Source: Podarcis muralis (taxonomy: Eukaryota). From it: 64,000 bases of DNA. How positions within the stretch are numbered: the stretch's first letter is position 1; each line of letters begins with the position of its first letter. Below, piece after piece: positions 1-26,300 of the stretch. The notes under the pieces are model-generated. The model was not told the DNA's origin and did not search any database. It worked only from the letters and a program-made list of their open reading frames with translations. The stretch lies in contig NC_135655.1 of NCBI RefSeq assembly GCF_964188315.1, positions 44,826,001 through 44,890,000 of the forward strand, read 5' to 3'. The position numbers were made by a program, and so were the translations under genes.

Positions 1-359
1 CAGTTTCTCATTTCTGCTATGGGCCAAAGAAGCCGCCATGACCAATTGTAATCGGCGGAATCGAACAACGTAGTTCTGCTAGTGCAAGGGTTACGATTGG
101 CATAATGAAACTTCACACGCCATCCCCAAATCTGCTCTGGAGGGTTCAGAAAACCCTAGAAAATATTTAGGGGACATACAAGGAAGAGGAGGGGAGGGGA
201 AGTTCTGTCGCAGAGCCAGAAGTCCTTGGTGCTAGTGGAAATAAGGCATTTGATATAAGAGAGGATGTGTCCGGGTATTCTTACACTCAGGGCCGTTTTC
301 AGATTCTCTCACAAGGTTTTAAATGCGCAATGGATTCCATGAATATCTGGACCACTTAC

Positions 360-14114
<13,755 letters not shown>

Positions 14115-17100
14115 AGTGAACACTTTGAAAATGTCTTATCCGACCCCTACAAACAGGGAAAAAATAAACCGTATTCAGTAACACTTCAACAGTTTCCTAG
14201 TTTTTATGAAAAACCAAGTGTGACATTAAAACAATCAAGCACACCATTTTATTTTCATTCACATCTTCAGTTTAGCTATAGTTCTTTTTCATAGCAATCT
14301 AACTGCTATCTCTCTTTGATCAAGTACTAAAGTAATGTTTCTGAGCACCAGTGGTGGCCATTTAATCTTGGACTGGAAGAAGGATACACTGAAGAACCGA
14401 AATACGTTGGATAAAATTCAAATTTTACTTGCACACATGGTGCAATTTAATGACATTATTGTCATGAAAGGATAGTTCTTTTGTTAAAACATTTTTATTA
14501 ATCATTTTTCTTGCTATTTCAGATGAAAATCAAATCAACGTTTTGATAAATTCAATATAAAACCAGGAGCATGTCTTGACCACTACAGAAAAGGATTGAA
14601 TTTTAAAGATTAAGCAGCATATGATGAATAAAATAGCAAATGCTGTATAGCAATGCCATCACACAGCACATCAGCTTTTGTTCATACCCTAAACAGCCAG
14701 GTTAAAGTAAATATATGCAAATATGTGTTCTACACTGTTTATTTAACCATGCTAGATATTCATACTAACCGATATATCAGAAATATATATAACTGCTTTG
14801 AGTAGTATATAACAGTAGGTATTTTTTTTACAATTGAGTGGTATATAGCTTAAATAAATAAATAAATAAATAGAATATGAAATTAGGCATTTCAGGAAGC
14901 AGTAATGTAAATCCGGTATTTTTCGGGCGGGGGGGGGGAGATCTCCTCCCTGGAATAAATTGTCTGAAGGTGAACTGTCACATGGTGAATGCATAGGGCT
15001 TTGCAAAATAGGACGCAGCTGGTGAACGGTAAGAGCAATAGCTATGAGCCCCACTTTCTATGTCTGTTTTGGGCTCTTAATTGGGGCATCTTAGGTTAAT
15101 TGCCAGCCGCTACTGCTATTACAGGAATAACACTGAACTAATTTACAAGTTTATTTTAAGAACTACTGAGATAATAGGTGGGATGTGATAGCAATAAATA
15201 CTTATATTATTCTGCTTAACGAGTATTAAACCGGAGGTCTCACTGGGCTAAACACAAGCTCTGGGGCTTGTGTTGCCTTCTCCTAACTGAAACAGACAAT
15301 CCTACTATAGTAATATTATAGTATATTGAGAATACCAGACAACGTGCGCAGATAGATTACAGGACATGACTGCATAAAAGTATTTTTCGAGAAACATAGG
15401 TCGAGGGTCAATATTTAAAACACCCTTAATACAGGACGCAAACCGCTGCATAACAGCTACTATGTTAAGATACTGCAGAATCTGCCATTATTAGAATGCA
15501 TGCTTTCATCTTTCTTGTACCATTTGTACACACTGACTAGCAGTTACATGCAGGAACTGCCGAAGGTTTTAACTCACAGAAAAGAATGTTTCTGAAGTAT
15601 AAAGCACAGTTGTAAGTAACTGAGGAAGAGCTCTTATGTAGAGAGAGTCATCAACAAACTACCCGGTAAAATTCTGTCAGGTACAGACATTTAAGGTTTT
15701 GTGTGTGTGTGTGTGTTTGAGTTACGCTGGAAAATGTCTCCCACTCTAAGCAGAAAACTTTAAAGCATCTATTGGGGGGGGGGGGTCAGCCCAACCCTCA
15801 ATAGCTGCAGCATAACTTTCATGACTCTAAGATGAAAAGAATGCCGTTCAAGATCACTGCAGTCAAGCGGCAAAATTATAAACATCCCTTTAAACTTCTG
15901 AAGCTTACTTTAATGTGAAAAGGAACTTGCGCGTATTCTTAAAAGCAGGAGGTGCTAATCCTTATACGGAATATTGTGGATTTCCTTGTCGGCTATAACT
16001 TGCTCTCTGTGCCTAATATTCTATGTGAGCATTGCTTTGTAGTTGATGAATTAATGCTCACTGTATGTTTAGCATATTGATTAAAATTGGCTCAGTGTTT
16101 CTGGAATTTGTTGGGCAGAAGGGAAGCCAAATACTTAATAGGCACAGCAAGGTCACTAGAGTAGGCCCGGCTTTTAGCATTAGTTAGCACACTCCGTTAA
16201 AGTGACTTTTACCAAGCGGATCTAAAATTATACCTGCTTTGGTGAATTAGAGTATCAGAGTAACTATACGTGATCACAAGAGGAGTTTAAAAGGATTCCA
16301 GTCAGCTGCCCAATCAACAGCAGCCACTTGTGAGAGAAGGCTAAAAATACTGGCGGAGGTCAGCTGCTATTGGCTGTCACTATGGGAGGCAAGGGCAAGC
16401 TTCTTTCTGCAAAGGGACCACTCAGACTGCACTCAAAGAGGCAACAGGTTTCTGGTCTAGAATCAAGTTCTCAAGGGCTCTTTCATGTCACCCAGGGAAG
16501 GTCACAGGAGGAATAAAATGCCTGTGAAGAAAAGAGGGGTGCAGCAGGGCCCTCCTTGTTCTATTTGTGAGCCAGGTGACCTCACACATCCATTTACCTG
16601 GCAGGTATGACACTCCAACAGTAAGGCCTTGGGGATTTGTGCCACACCCACTTGGATACAGCAGGCAAAGCAAGGAAACTAAGGACCATTTGGGCAATGG
16701 GAGCAGCACAGGGAGTGAGGATGGGCTGGTTCAAAAGAGGAACAAGGAATCTATGCAAAGAGGTGGCAGAACCCCAAGGCTCAGGCTTTCCTCCAATGAA
16801 AAAAGGGCAGCAGTTTCCTAGAGCAGAAGGCAAGAGTTCTCAGAGCAGATAAAGTGCTATTGGGAGGCAATCCCTCAGGAATCCTGGGTCCAAGCCATTA
16901 GGGCTGGCCGGCCGGCCAAACCTTTTTCAGACCAACAGCCACATTCCTTCTGGGCAATCTTCCAGGAGCCACATACCAGCGGCAGGTGAAGCCAGAGGCA
17001 AAAGTGGAAACAGCAACAAATGTAAATTTTGCCTTCATACAGTAACCGAGGTCCTAGACACCCTTTGAATCACCCATGGAGGGAAGCATGATCAGAATGG

Positions 17101-17450
17101 AAGGACACATTTCAGGTGGGCAAAAATACTCAAGGGGTTGCAAACAAGGCCAGTGAGAGGCGTGGTCTGGGAAGAGTTCTGAGGACCAGGTAGAGAGGTT
17201 TGAAGGGCTGCATTTCGCCCACCCCTGCATTAAGGCTTTAAAGGTAATCATCAGTAAGTTGAGCTGTGCCTTGGAGCAAACTGGCAGTTGGAACATACAG
17301 AACAGATATAACATGGTCCAATGGTTATGTGGCCACTAAAATCCTTGCTGCTGCATTCCAGATCAACTGCAGCTTCCAAAGGCTCTTCAAAGGTAGCCCC
17401 ATGCATAACACATTGCCCTTCCCTATATAATAAAAAATAAAACATTTATA

Positions 17451-17698
17451 CAGTGGTGCCCCGCAAGACGAATGCCTCGCAAGACGAAAAACTCGCTAGA
17501 CGAAAGGGTTTTCCGTTTTTTGAGTCGTTCCGCAAGACGAATTTCCCTATGGGCTTGCTTCGCAAGACGAAACGTCTTGCGAGTTCGTTTCCTTTTTCTT
17601 AAAGCCGCTAAGCCACTAATAGCCGCTAAGCCGCTAATAAAACCGCAAGACGAAGAGACTCGCGGAACGGATTAATTTCGTCTTGCGAGGCACCACTT
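17451..17698. mobile_element. Tc1/mariner-type MITE, family B, with internal CGCAAGACGAA repeats
   Basis: TIR CAGTGGTGCC...GGCACCACT(T); TA flanks at 17449-17450 and 17699-17700. Confidence 0.85.
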
Positions 17699-17888
17699 TA
17701 TTCCACCTTTCCTCCAAGGAGCTCAAGGTAGGCTACACAGTTCTTCCTCCCCACATTTTATCCTCCCAACCATCCTCTGAAGTATGTAAATCAGGCTGAG
17801 AGACAGTGGCACTTCATGGCAGAGTAGGGATTTGAATCCAGGTCCCCCAGGCCCAAATCCAACACTCTAACCATTACACTACACTGCT
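17699..17888 (-). mobile_element. Degraded Squam3/Ther1-type SINE
   Basis: Plus strand reads CCACCTTTCCTCCAAGGAGCTCAAGG...TTTGAATCCAGG...CTCTAACCATTACACTACACTG, the reverse complement of a tRNA-SINE head and body. Confidence 0.7.
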
Positions 17889-18227
17889 TATTCCAGGGAC
17901 TGACCAGGACTTTGAGAGGATCACAGGCTGAAGCAGTCGGAAACTCACCTAGGGCAGTCAGGAAACCTTTTGGCTCCGCCTTGCTCCAAAGGCTGCCACC
18001 TTCTAACCTTTCAGAGGTTAGAAGCTTTTGTGAGTTGAAAAGGACCACATATTGCCCCTCCATACCCAGATCACCCTCCTCCTGTACAGAACAAAAAAGC
18101 CAAGTCCAGAGTATTCTCCTGGACCTATGGTTGCCATGGAGGCAGAACCTCCAAACCTACCCCACAGTGCTTTTTAGGAAGTAGTGAGTGGTGGACCCAG
18201 TCCAGTTTTGCATCCATCTGTCTAGAG

Positions 18228-18749
18228 CAGGGGTCGGCAAATTTTTTTGCCACAGGCCAGTCCACTATCCCTCAGACCTTGTGGCAGGCCAGAGAAGCGG
18301 CACCGGAGGGGGGGGGAGTTGGAAGAAGAGGTATGTGGGCAATTATTCATCCCCACCCCCCAGCCACTGCGCTTACCTTCCCTGGGGCTGCCACTGCCAC
18401 CACCGCTGCTTCTCGTGGGCAGGCAGAGCGAGCTCGTCCGCTCCGCTCTCTGGCCCACAGGAGCACCAGGGCAGCGGTGGCGGTGGGAAGATGAGTGGCA
18501 CGAAAGGGATGGCTCCAGAGAGGGGCTGCTTAAAATGGCACTCATCCAGCCCCCTTCCTCCTCTAGGCAAGACGGGGAGAAGCCAGGAGGAGGGAGGGAG
18601 GAGGCACCGCCATGGTGTGGGGGGCAGGAAAAAAATGGCACAGCCCGAACGAACAGAATCCCCATGCCGATCCACGAACAGTTCACGGGCTGGATCCTGA
18701 AGGCAATTGGGCTTGATCCGGCCTGCGGGCCTTAGTTTGCCGACCCCCG
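18228..18749. mobile_element. Non-autonomous hAT element (522 bp)
   Basis: TIR CAGGGGTCGGCAAA...TTTGCCGACCCCCG; perfect 8-bp TSD GTCTAGAG at 18220-18227 and 18750-18757. Confidence 0.9.
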
Positions 18750-19205
18750 GTCTAGAGAGACAATGGAGTGTGCCTCCAGGGGGAAAGCCAAACTGCTGAA
18801 GAACCACAGTGCCTGCTACAAAGATCGGTAACTAATAACTGCTGCCTCCCACACTGTTTTTGCTGCATTAGCACAGAAGTGACCTCTCCAGGGCACAAGT
18901 TTGGGCAGTGTGTATGGAGGTCCTGGCCTGCCCAGTTGACAAGACCCACCTCTCAGCCTCATTGATGTAGTCTAAAGGAAAGCAGAGAAATATGTTTAGC
19001 ACCAGCTCGACGGCACTGTGGAAACATCGGTTCCATGAAGTTCACTGAGTGACCGGAGGCCGATCAGTCTGACCTAACTCACAGGGTTGTGACAAGGATG
19101 AAATAGAGCGGTGGAACCATGTATGCCACTTGGAGTGCCTCAGCAGAAAGGCAGGATATAAATGTAACAAACAAACTACATAAGCAAATGTTCTGTTGTC
19201 TATTC

Positions 19206-19389
19206 CAGGCATGTCCAACGGGTAGATTGTGATCTAAAAAAAGCTCAGGCTCCACAACTTTGGCTTCCTAAAAAAACTCCACAACTTTCAGTAGTAGATC
19301 ACTACCAGTCTTTTTACGACAATGGGTAGATCATTGCCAATTTTTTAATACTGTGAGATCGCAGACTATTGGGAGTTGGACTTCCCAGA
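19206..19389. mobile_element. hAT MITE with GTAGATC repeats
   Basis: Left TIR CAGGCATGTCCAAC, degenerate right TIR GTTGGACTTCCCAG; flanked by GTCTATTC and CTCTATTC. Confidence 0.65.
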
Positions 19390-19397
19390 CTCTATTC

Positions 19398-19648
19398 CAG
19401 GGGTCAGCAAACTTTTTCAGCAGGGGGCCGGTCCACTGTCCCTCAGACCTTGTGGGGGGCCGGACTATATTTTGGAGGGGGGGAATGAACAAATTCCTAT
19501 GCCCCGCAAATAACCCAGAGATGCATTTTAAATAAAAGGACACATTCTACTCATGTAAAAACACGCTGATTCCTGGACCGTCCGCAGGCCAGACTGAGAA
19601 GGCGACTGGGCCGGATCCGGACCCCGGGCCTTAGTTTGCCTACCCATG
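19398..19648. mobile_element. hAT MITE, family C, copy 1
   Basis: TIR CAGGGGTCAGCAAAC...GTTTGCCTACCCATG; perfect 8-bp TSD CTCTATTC at 19390-19397 and 19649-19656. Confidence 0.9.
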
Positions 19649-20079
19649 CTCTATTCCAACCAGTACACCACCTAGAGGAGAAAACCAGCCATAATGCCCA
19701 CTTCTGCAGCAGACCACAATACCAAATCACACACCACATAAGAACTCCTGTGCTACATTCAGAATTGCAATCTGCCCCTCCTAACTTCACTGGACAGTGT
19801 CAACCCAGAAGCTATTACCCAGCAAAATGGTCCAGACAGACCCATCCACCACCGCTACGTTCTCCTGGGACTTGCTGCAGCAGCTCCAAATGAGAATCAT
19901 TCTACACCACAGGAAACACCTGTGTCCACATCCTACCTGCAACTGCATGCTGGAAATAAGTAGCAGATTTGCTTCTCAAATAAGTAAGTTTGGCTGTGCC
20001 ACAGATAAAAGATAAACCCTTCTCTTTCAAGGAAAATGTTGTCCCATCAAATGCTTTCATGGCCTCAGTGGTGCAGAGT

Positions 20080-20400
20080 GCCTTCCATCAGCTTCAGTTG
20101 GTGACCCAGCTATACTCTTATGTAGACAGGGATAACCTAGCTTCGGTTGTCTATGCTCTGGTAACTTTTAAAATATTTTATACAAGGGGCTACTTTTGAA
20201 GACAGTTCAGACGCTGTAGGTGCAGAATTCAGTGGCCAGGTCGCTCCCCAGGGAAAGATGGTCTGCGCACAGAACACCAATTCTGGCCTGACTGCACTGG
20301 CTACCAGATAGCTTCCGGGCCCAATTCAAAGTGTTGGATTTGACCTAAGAAGCTTTATGCAGCTCAGGACCCGAATGCCTCAGGGTCTGCCTTTCTCCAA
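20080..20400 (+). mobile_element. Degraded L2 LINE fragment
   Basis: Remnant VVYALVT motif near 20146-20166 and a downstream LHWLP..RAQFKVL-like segment (CTGCACTGGCTACCAG...GCCCAATTCAAAGTG). Confidence 0.65.
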
Positions 20401-20999
20401 ATGAACCAACCCAGATGTTAAGACTCGATATCACAGTAACTCTTAAGTTTGGGTCATAATTGACAATTACCAGTTTCAGACTTGAAAACAAACTACATAT
20501 ATACATATTAAATTGTACTAAGGGCTATTCTCATTTGTTCTTTGTGGACTGCATTCATATCTGTTACATCGGACAACTCTTGAAAGACTTACAAGTTACA
20601 CAAACACTTTTTAGAATGATCCAAGAAAATGTGTCAAACAACATTATGGAAGTATTGAAAAAACTACACCTCTGAAGTATTCCCGAAAGTGCCCCAAAGT
20701 TTCCACACCACAGTTTAAGAAGCACTAGCAGATGTCGACGCACCCATTTGTAGCAGCATATTAAATAATATGCAAAACATATACATTAATGGTTAGCCTC
20801 TCCCTACTTTATAGGGAATGCTCCTAATTACAATGCTGTCTGCATGGTGCGTACAAGTTGTGAAAGCTATAATGCAAGAAAATTGATGTCTCCGATATCA
20901 CGCCTCCCCCCCCCCCACAAGGTTTCTAGGTTAGGCTTTTACTGCCACAAGTGGGGCTTTGTGTTAGTCCTCCAATGTGTGCTTCAAAAGTACAAAATC

Positions 21000-21750
21000 T
21001 CGCGCAAAGGCTGCTTTGCACGCTGCCCTCCAGCCTTACGTGCTCGGCAGCCCTAACCTAACAACTTCATTTAAGATGGTTCCCCCGAACTGCCCCATCC
21101 CACAAACAACCGTAGCTGTAGGTCTCGCATACTCGTGACCTACAGCCACCCCATCTACATTGCCGCCGTGCCTGCGCTTAATCTCAGCCTCTCCTCCTCC
21201 CCACGCACTGGAGAGCCAGGCACCGCCCGTCCACCTCTCAGTACTCACAGGTCGTACCCTCCTCACCCCGCTGCGTAGCCCAGGCCCATCGCCCAGCAAG
21301 ATGGGCTGGCCACGGCCCCCTCCCTCCTCCGCCGCCTTCCCCGCTGCTGCCGCCGCCGCCGCCTCCTCCTACTCCGGACACTTGCCGACCCGAAGGAGAC
21401 CCGCGCCACAACGCAGGAAGCGCCCCCATCGATTCAGCCAATCGGAAAGCCCAAACCTTACGCGCCTTTGCATTCTGGGAAGAGTAGTTTTCGCGCCTCA
21501 CAGAACCCGACTCGGCGGCGCTCTTTCCGACGGGAAACGACTCTTGCGAGAGAAAATTGTGGCCACGGCCATAGGGCGCGGGGCATTTCGGGAGTTGTAG
21601 TTTTGCTCCCGGAGGCGGCGGAACTTGGGCACTTTCTGTTGAATTCGATTGGCGTTGCTTCCAGATGGCCGTGCGCGGGAGTGGGTTGTAAGGCATGGAT
21701 CCTTCGTTGGGACGAGGCCCTGCCGACGCGGTTCACAGTGGGGCGTCTTT
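21000..21750. promoter_or_regulatory. CpG island, likely ZNF106 promoter
   Basis: High GC and CpG density; CCAAT near 21438; TCTTGCGAGA (one mismatch to the TCTCGCGAGA motif) at 21542-21551; ACTACAACTCCCG on minus at 21589-21601. Confidence 0.75.
21267..21420 (-). other. ZNF106: Putative non-coding first exon of ZNF106
   Basis: Within a CpG island upstream of the ATG-bearing exon (14146-14061). Candidate donor GCGGG|GTGAGG at 21266; an alternative donor GTGAGT at 21248. TSS and exact donor cannot be fixed from sequence alone. Confidence 0.45.
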
Positions 21751-22479
21751 CTAAGCTCCCTGAAATGTCTAATCCACAGGGATTAGACATTATGATTCCT
21801 ACTAAGAAGCCTGTCTTGGAGACGAAGTTTGTGATCCCCGAGAATTCAGCTATTAAACCCAAACTCAGCTGAATAATAATAATATAAAAAAACCTGCGTG
21901 CGCAGACAAACCTGAAAGCTAACGCACAAATCTTTATTTATTAGTTGTAATGATTTGCTATTGCCCTTCCAGCCAGTACATAGGACTTTAAGGAGATTTC
22001 TTTATTCCTTGCTTAAGTCTGTTTATTATCATATTATTATGTTCAGAGAAGAATCTGGAAAATTTAGCCATGTCGATCATAGAGGTAGACACACGTCTCA
22101 AAAACCTAAACTTAGATTACCCGATATATAGAAAAGCAAGGACGTCTCCACCGCAGGTGTCTGACCTGATGCAACGATTGCCACCGGATTTGGCACTTTG
22201 AATCCATAACCAACTAACGGAGTGGAAAGGAGAGCGCCAGCAAAAACAGCAACTCTCTAGATCATGAGCAGCAGTCTTAGTCTTTGGCAGCAAAATAGAG
22301 TCTTGTGACACCTGAGAGATCAACAAACTTATAGCATAAGTGCGGACTACTGTGCATTGCTTTAGATGCAAGAAGCGTTACCCAGAGTTATAGGTATGTG
22401 TGCACAAGTTTGGGAGGGGAGGTTACAGACAGCGAGGCCAGATGGAAACCGAATGCAGAAAAACAAACTGATTACTTGA

Positions 22480-23340
22480 TTGGTGTTCTGGAAAGCGAAA
22501 GGAGGACGCGGAGTTTGACAGTCACTCGCTTTCGCCAATAACTCGAAGCGGAAGCGACTAATGCAATCGTGAGTGGGGGTTGCGGAGGAGGCGGGTGTTG
22601 TTGTCAAGGAGCGAGGAGGAGACACCTCGTCGGTCAAGAAGGAACTGGAGGGCGGAGGCTGTGAGGAAGTAGCCCGGGTGGGGCTTGACCGAGCGAAGGG
22701 GCCCCCGCAGACTCGAGGCAGAGCGGAAGGCCCGAGCTCCCGGGTGCGGGGCTGGAGAGGAGGGCGAGGGCTGGTCGACCTCGAAGCCGTGTGAGTGAGC
22801 CTTGAAAGGGAAAGCAAGGAGCGGGCAGCGTGGGGTGGCGGCGGGGAATCTGGGGATGGGGAGAAGCAGGCTCGCGGAGTACGTGTGAATGAGTGCAGCG
22901 GCGTGCAAGGGAAGGTGCGAGTGCGGGGTCTGCTCGGAGGTCGGGCGAGGTGCCGGAGGGAGGTGGGGCGCTCGAGGAGCCCGGGAAAGGAAGGGGCCGG
23001 CTGGGCGTCTCTCGGCTTCATATACATACAGGGCATATATAATGGTCGGCTGGACTGGAGGCTGAACCTGGGCGAGGATCTGCGGCGAGTGGCCCAGGAA
23101 TGCGGGCGGATGAGGAGCCCTGCGGAAGGGAGGAAGGAAGGAGGAGAGAGGGAGAGGCGGATAGTGCAGGAAGCGGCGAGGAGGGAGAGGCAGAAGCGCC
23201 GCTCTCGCATCCCCGGGAGCGGAGGGACCTCGGCGGGCAAAGCTGCCCTGCCGCCGCTTCCCGGCTTCCGGGGTGCCTGCCTGCCTGCCTGCCTGCCTGG
23301 GACTGGCCTCCCTTCCAGGCCCCGCTTGGTCTGGGGAGTT
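22480..23340. promoter_or_regulatory. CpG island, SNAP23 promoter and first exon region
   Basis: GC/CpG-rich; CCAAT at 22535-22539; ETS-like GCGGAAGC at 22548-22555; candidate donor CCGT|GTGAGT at 22790/22791. Confidence 0.75.
22560..22790 (+). other. SNAP23: Putative non-coding first exon of SNAP23
   Basis: Lies downstream of the CCAAT/ETS motifs and ends at a GTGAGT donor (22791). The next recognisable exon starts at 29236. The TSS is approximate. Confidence 0.5.
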
Positions 23341-26300
23341 AGGGATTCCTGGAGGAATGTGGCCAACTGGCTTCCTCTCCCCAGAGCTGCCCTATAGTTC
23401 ATGCTAGTATATCATTGCTACATAAGGTGTGAATCCTTTTTCTGAGCCCTTAATTCCTGAGGGTGGTTTAGAATGGCAAGGCACTTAAGGGAGAAGGTAA
23501 CTTCTGTTTTGGGGCGTTCCCAGCAGAGGGTACATAAAACAAGTGAGTAGGCATTTCAGAGTAATAGCAGTAGCTGGTTTATGGAAAACAAGAGTTTAAG
23601 GCATACTTTTATCCTTCACAGTATGCTCCACAATTGAAAGTTCACTCAGGAGTCAGTGTTGTAGGGCACCTGCAAAGGCCCACACCTGTCTGCTGGTCTT
23701 TTTCCTCCTTGTTGTTACTACTTTTTTATGTGCCCTCTCTAAGAAACGCCATTCGTTTAAAACACATGACTTCTCACAAAGAATCCTGGGAACTGTAGTA
23801 CATACACAGTCCAGGAGTATGGTCAAGGGCAAGGAGAGCAACTTCCACTCATTCTCTACTTCAGGGCAGTGGTACACATTAGCCCAAGAAGCAGAAGGCA
23901 AATGACTGGGCAGTGTCAGAGTGGCTGGAAGAAGAGCTAGCAAAGGATATACAGTATTGCCCAAATCTGGACTCAACACTAGCTTGAAAGCCTTTACATC
24001 TTCATAATCTTGAGAACGTGATATAACTTGAATCTTTGGTAAGGTACATGAAGTAGATTGTGCAATATGGAGCTGTTCATCTTATTTCCAATAATTCATT
24101 TCTGTCCATGCTTTCTACTCTTTTGCTATTTCCTGTTCTTCTATTCTCCCATATGGCTCCCCATTTTCCCTTCTATTTGATCCTTTCTAACTCCTTCCAC
24201 TTCTTTTTTCTACTCTTCACCCCATGTCTTTTGTACATAGAGATAACTATTAACTATTATATGTAAACATGCTCCTTCCTCCCCTGAATGCACAGCCCTT
24301 TGTAGCAGCGTCTGATCAAAGAGCAGTCTACCCTCATCTTCTACCATTCAGTACATTATAAACTATTCCAGGCTGTGTTGGCTATTCTCCATCTGGTTCA
24401 TAGTCCTTCTGAGGACTATCAGCTTTGGTATCTCATGCAGCAGCCAAGCTGTTAGTGAAATATAGAGCACAGCTTTTTCAGAACCCTATAAAAGTTGCTT
24501 GCGGGAATCCCTGGTAATCACAGTTTCCAGGGATGAGCAGGAAATTACAAGGCTGCCATAAGCTTGCCTTCTTGTATGACTTGAGGTCTTGTTCACACAT
24601 AGTACTGGCCTCTCCTTGCTACCATACACATTTATCTCCTTAAGAGTTATGGTAGTCTGCAGGCCTACGCATCCAGCACTATCAGCTTACTTTCATATGT
24701 TAGCACCCCCACAACATTTGCCATTCCTGAGTTTTATTCCCTTGTTTCTTAAAGTAGTCATACTCTTAAGAATACTACAAATAGTACTCTATATATTTTT
24801 AACTTAGATGCATACATACTCAGTTCTGTTTCATTTTGACGATTAGCACTGGGATCCAAAGAGCCCCTTGTGAATGTTGAAGGCAACTTTATACATGCAA
24901 AGAGGATGCAGCAATTTTCCTTTCTAGCCACAACCCTTTCATTGCACTGAGTGCCAAGCTGGAGAGTCTCCAGACTTTCAGGCTAAGTGTTTTGAGGGAA
25001 GGTAATGGGCTGAGGGGAAAAGGGGAACTGAATAGCCTCAGTGCATTCAGCATTTAAGACCCAGTTTAGAGAGGGAAAATGAACATCAGGAATAACTTGA
25101 TGTTCCATGGCGCTGATTGTCATATCCTACTTACAGTTTTAATATATATAAAATACTTGAGCCATGAGGTCTGCCATGAGAATTGCATCAGTGTTCCAAC
25201 TAACCTAAATAACCTTTCTAATAACTTTCTTTATATATCACAATTGCTTCTATCATACACTTCAGAGTAAGTCACAAAGCCATAAAAGATATATACTTAG
25301 GAAGTGTTGTGTTTGTGACTTCTTCAGAGTAAGTCACAAAGCAATAAAAGATATTTACTCAGGAAGTGTTCTATTTAAAGATATAGGCTGTGATGCAAAT
25401 CACTATGTTCACATGTTTCCAATCCCCCTTTGCACAGTGCATGCTACCAAAGTTGGTGCTCTTTTTCTTTCTGCACAGCAGTCGCTTGTGACTACTGAGT
25501 AACTTCTTAACAAAATTTGGGGAACTCAGGAGGGGATTAAAAGTGATGTGCAAGGGTGCATTTATAAATTAAAATTGGCAGTTATTCCCCTGCAAGTGGA
25601 AGTACTTATACTCTGGTGAGGAGCTGTTTCACTTCTGGCACCATGAATATCAATACAAAAGATAGCTCTTTAGCAACAGAATGCTTGCTAATATCACAAG
25701 GGGAATTCATTGCTGGGGATTTTAGTAATTCCAGCATTGGCTGTCTTCTAGCACTATTGCGCTGTTTCATTTTTGTTGACCAAGAAGTTGAGAGAGAGCA
25801 CCTTACATCAACATGAAAGTATGCAGTCACTTGAGACAGCTTTATAATAGAAGTTTCCTCCCTAAGAAGAAGCCGATTTGTGGGGAATTAGTTGTTCCAC
25901 TACTAACTGTATTTTGGATTGTATCTTGGGTTATGGAGACCTGTTTGCTCATGGAAGTTTCTCTTACATTCAATGATCAAATCAAGTAACATACTTGCCT
26001 TTGTATAAATGCAGTCTCCAGAACTGCTTCTGTAACTTGGGTCTTTGGGTCTTTTCTCAGGTAGGTGCAGGTATTTGGAGTTCTTTTGCTGTAGAATACA
26101 TGAAAACTACCTCCAAGACAATGTTCATACCCACACATTCTTCTTTTCAAATTATCTTTGAATGTGACAACTACTAAAGTTTTGAACAACAAAGCAGAAG
26201 CAAACCACAAAATGAAGTCAAATTTATACTGGTTTACCTGTTGCAACTTTTCAAAAAAAGTATTCTGGGAAGGGTAGTTTGAAAGCTGTGGAGGTTTTGA

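Noticed and set aside
17451-17698. Repeated 11-mer array resembling a CRISPR or iteron array
   Set aside because: Irregular spacing, inverted copies, TIRs and TA TSD show it is a MITE in a vertebrate genome.
18188-18807. Five overlapping ORFs of 70-170 aa
   Set aside because: All lie in the GC-rich interior of a non-autonomous hAT element; no transposase motifs.
21036-21872. Several 130-150-aa ORFs, including one ending ...KPVLETKFVIPENSAIKPKLS
   Set aside because: CpG-island ORFs with non-ATG starts; the only in-frame ATG product near the end is about 35 aa with no recognisable homology.
22362-23402. 346-aa and overlapping GC-rich ORFs
   Set aside because: Low-complexity P/R/S/G translations on both strands of a CpG island; no domain signal.
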